Assembly: GCF_963921235.1 (NCBI RefSeq)
Contig: NC_086108.1
Location: 24,056,001 to 24,120,000 of the forward strand
DNA: 64,000 bases
Source of the DNA: Mobula hypostoma
Lineage: Eukaryota
Direction: 5' to 3'
Part shown: in pieces, positions 60,990 through 64,000 of the stretch
Layout: each line of letters begins with the position of its first letter
Numbering within the stretch: position 1 is the first letter of the stretch
Notes under the pieces: generated by a model
Told to the model about the DNA's origin: nothing
Seen by the model: the letters and a program-made list of their open reading frames with translations, nothing else
Database searches by the model: none
Translations under genes and position numbers: made by a program

Positions 60990-62635
60990 TATAACTCTCA
61001 TGGGCTTAAGGAGTGCAGAACTATACTGTGGAAATCAGAAGGGCAAAAAGAGAGTATAAGATGGATCTGGCAGGCAAGGTTAAGGAAAATCACAAGAGAT
61101 TCTACAAGTTTATTAAGAGTAGGAGCATGGCCAGAGAAAGAATATATCCCTAAAAGACTATAATTGCTGACTTTGTGCGGCGCCACAGGAGATGGGTGAG
61201 ATTTTAATCAATATTTTTCATAATTTTTTTACAGTGGAGAAGATTGGGAACCTAAAAAAATTGAGGCAAATGCATTGTGATGTTTTGGACCAAATATAAA
61301 GGGCAAGTTATTGGCAGTCTTAAAGCACATTCAGGTGGATAAATCTCATGGCCTGACCAAGTGCATTTTTGGACCTTTTGGGAAACTAACGAAGAAATTG
61401 CTGAGGTCCTTACAGCAACACTTGCACTATTGTTAGCTATGGATGAAATTGCTGAAGGCTGGAAGGTGAATTCATGTTGTATTGTTAATTTGGAAGGGCA
61501 GCAAAGGCAAGCTTGGGAACTATAAGCCAGCGAAGATGACATCAATGGTAAGTGGAATGGGATCTATCAGCATTTTGATAAACAAGGTTTGATTGTGTCA
61601 TAATTCTGCTGAAGATTTTTTGAACAGGACTGATGACGGTAGAGCAGTGGATGTTGTCTGTAGCCACTTTAACAAGACTTTTGACAGTCTCCATATATAA
61701 GGCTAGATTGGATGGTTAGATAACATGAGATCCAGAAGAACTATTTATTTACTTATTAAGATAAAGCACAGAATTGGCCTTTCAAACTCATGGAGCCAAG
61801 CTGCCGAGCAATGCGCCAAAATTTACTCCTAGCCTAATCACAGGACAATTTACAATGACCAATTAATCTACCAACCGGTACATCTTTGGACTGTGGGAGG
61901 AAACCAGAGCACCCGAAAAAAATCCACAAAGTCATGGGGAGAACGTACAAACTCCTTACAGACAGCTGTCGGAATTGAACCTGGGTCTCCGGTACTGTAA
62001 GGAGTTGCGCTAACCACTACACTACCATGCTGATAAGTAGCTAAGTAGATATTTAATAGACTTGATTATCAGAAACAGTGATACAGAACATTATCTGTCT
62101 GACTGGAGGCCTGTGACTTGTAGTGTGCCACAGGGACAGATATTGGCCCTATGTTGTTCATTTATAGAAACAACTTGGATGTATATGTACAAGGTGTGGT
62201 TATTAATATTGCAGAAGACACTAAAATAGCTAGTATTGTAGACAGTGAAGAAGGATATCAAAAAAAAAGGGATCTTTTTCAGCCGGGTAGGTGGCTGGGG
62301 ATTAGCAAGTGACTTTCAATTCAGATAAGTGTGAGGTGTTTAGAACGCACACAGTCTGTTCTCAGAGAAAGGAAATCAAAAACTGGAGGGCTTAGGTTTA
62401 AGGTGAGAAGGAAAGATTTAATAGGAAACTGAAGGGCAAATTTTTCACCCAAAATGGTAGGCTTACAGAATAAGCTGCCAGAGGATTCAACTGAGGCAGG
62501 CAGAATAACAACTTAAAGCTTGGATAGGTACGTAGAGAGAAAAGGTTTAGAGGGATCTAGGCCAAATGTGGAAAAATTGGGACAGTATGGACAATTTGGG
62601 CTGATTAGCCTGTTTCTGTGCTATATTACTCTGAC
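60990..62635 (+). mobile_element. Old, heavily decayed CR1 (with a SINE inserted at 61810-62030)
   Basis: gtggataaatctcatggcctgacc (DKS.GPD), aactataagccag (NY.P), gtgccacagggacag (VPQG), tttttcacccaaa. Confidence 0.75.
61810..62030 (-). mobile_element. V-domain SINE
   Basis: tacatctttggactgtgggaggaaaccagagcacc...ggaattgaacc (B box reversed)...ctaaccactacactacc. Confidence 0.88.
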
Positions 62636-62649
62636 TCAGCAAAAGAGAA

Positions 62650-63430
62650 GCATACTGCACAGAAACAGGCCCTTTGGCCCAACTCATCCATGCCACCATA
62701 AAATACCTCTCCATACCAATCCTTTTTACCAGCATAGTTGATAGCTCACTGTGCCTTGGTGATTCAAGTTCTTGTCCAGATGTTTCTTAAATGCTGTGAG
62801 AGTACCTGCCTCCACCATCTTCTGAGTCATAACATTCTAGATTACAAACTCTCTGAATGATTTAAAAAAATCCTTCTCGAATAGAAACCTTTCCCTATCA
62901 CTTTAAACCTACACTCTGATCTGAGAAGCTTGTCACAGGGAAATGTTTCATACTATTGTTCCTACTCATGTCGCTCACAACATTTATGGGTTTATCAGAT
63001 TCCTCTTCCCAGGAAATCAAACCCAACTTATCCTGACTCTCCTCATAATTAAAATACTCAATCTAAGGACACATCTTTGTGAATCTCCTCGGCACCCTCT
63101 TGAGTGCAGTCATGTCCTTCCTATCATGCGCTGACTAAAGTGTACACAGTATCCCATCCATTGCCTAACTATGGATTTTAAATTTCTTCACTCTTATTTT
63201 GTAGTCTTGCACATTTGCAAATGCAGACAAGCATCCTGAGTGCCTTATCAATACTCTTTAGGGTCCTGAAACTCATTTTATGACTTACATTATTATATTT
63301 CTCTCAAAGTGCATCACCTCAGTCTTATCAAGATTAAATTCTATTTGCCATTGCACTGACCAATTTACAAACTGAACAATATCGTTCTGTAGCCTAAGAC
63401 TATACACCTCACTGTCAGTAATAAAACCAA
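62650..63430 (-). mobile_element. Old CR1 3' portion
   Basis: gaaacaggccctttggccc...gtacctgcctccacc...gtacacagtatccc. Confidence 0.65.
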
Positions 63431-63499
63431 AGAGCAATCTCCCAACTGATATGAACTGTGTGATATGAAATGCTTTCTCTTTTTCGCTTTGTCTGATCT

Positions 63500-63995
63500 C
63501 TCATGTGCCTGGCCTGACAAAGTTGAGGAGACAGTGGGACTGTGGTATGTTTAGTGCATGTGTGGGACTGGGTTCCTCACCACTGAGGAAGCAGGATCCT
63601 CTGCTCCATCAGTTACGATGCTTTGGGTGGAAATCCATCAGAGTACATCTACAAGAATCGTTGTCTCATCCACAATTAAGAACCCCCACTCTACTTCTCA
63701 TTGCTGCCGTCAGGTAGAAGGTACCAGAACCTAAAGAATCACACCTTAAGGTTTAACAACAGCTTTTGCCCATTACCGTTAGCTTTTTTGACTTGAGCTG
63801 AAAACCAATAATCCCACTATGAACTACATTTCCCTCAACTTGCACTAATGACATTATGTTTATTTTTATTTATTTTCTCACACAAATTCTATATAATTTA
63901 TGTTAAATTAAGTTTCTGTAATTTATGATTGCTATGTACTGTGCTGCAGCTACATAAAGTAATACCCTGGCTGTGTATGCCCATGAAAATAAACA
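63500..63995 (+). mobile_element. Rex1/Babar-type 3' fragment
   Basis: ttctcattgctgccgtcaggtagaaggtac...aacaacagcttt; AT-rich UTR and AATAAA at the window end. Confidence 0.6.
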
Positions 63996-64000
63996 AACTG

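Overview
Repeat-dense vertebrate genomic DNA with no prokaryotic features. The repeat repertoire (CR1 LINEs, Rex1/Babar LINEs, Penelope-like elements, V-domain/HE1-type SINEs) points to a cartilaginous fish, probably a ray; this is inferred, not shown. Well over half of the window is transposable-element derived and often nested. It holds several young but broken CR1 and Rex1/Babar copies, one near-complete Penelope element (RT + GIY-YIG) ending in an intact minimal hammerhead ribozyme, many palindromic Penelope terminal remnants, a solo LTR with a 4-bp TSD, hAT, Harbinger and Tigger-like DNA elements, a HERO-clade fragment, and two copies of a ~630-bp non-coding element with a YY1-like head. 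Between the repeats I find a chain of 14 small AG/GT-bounded minus-strand segments (20-106 nt, from 58485 down to 2959). They can be joined in phase into a stop-free ~239-aa peptide that I cannot assign to a known gene. The window is therefore most likely the interior of one large minus-strand micro-exon gene, and nearly all young LINEs lie antisense to it. Element boundaries are approximate unless stated, and the exon model was made by eye and needs RNA-seq.
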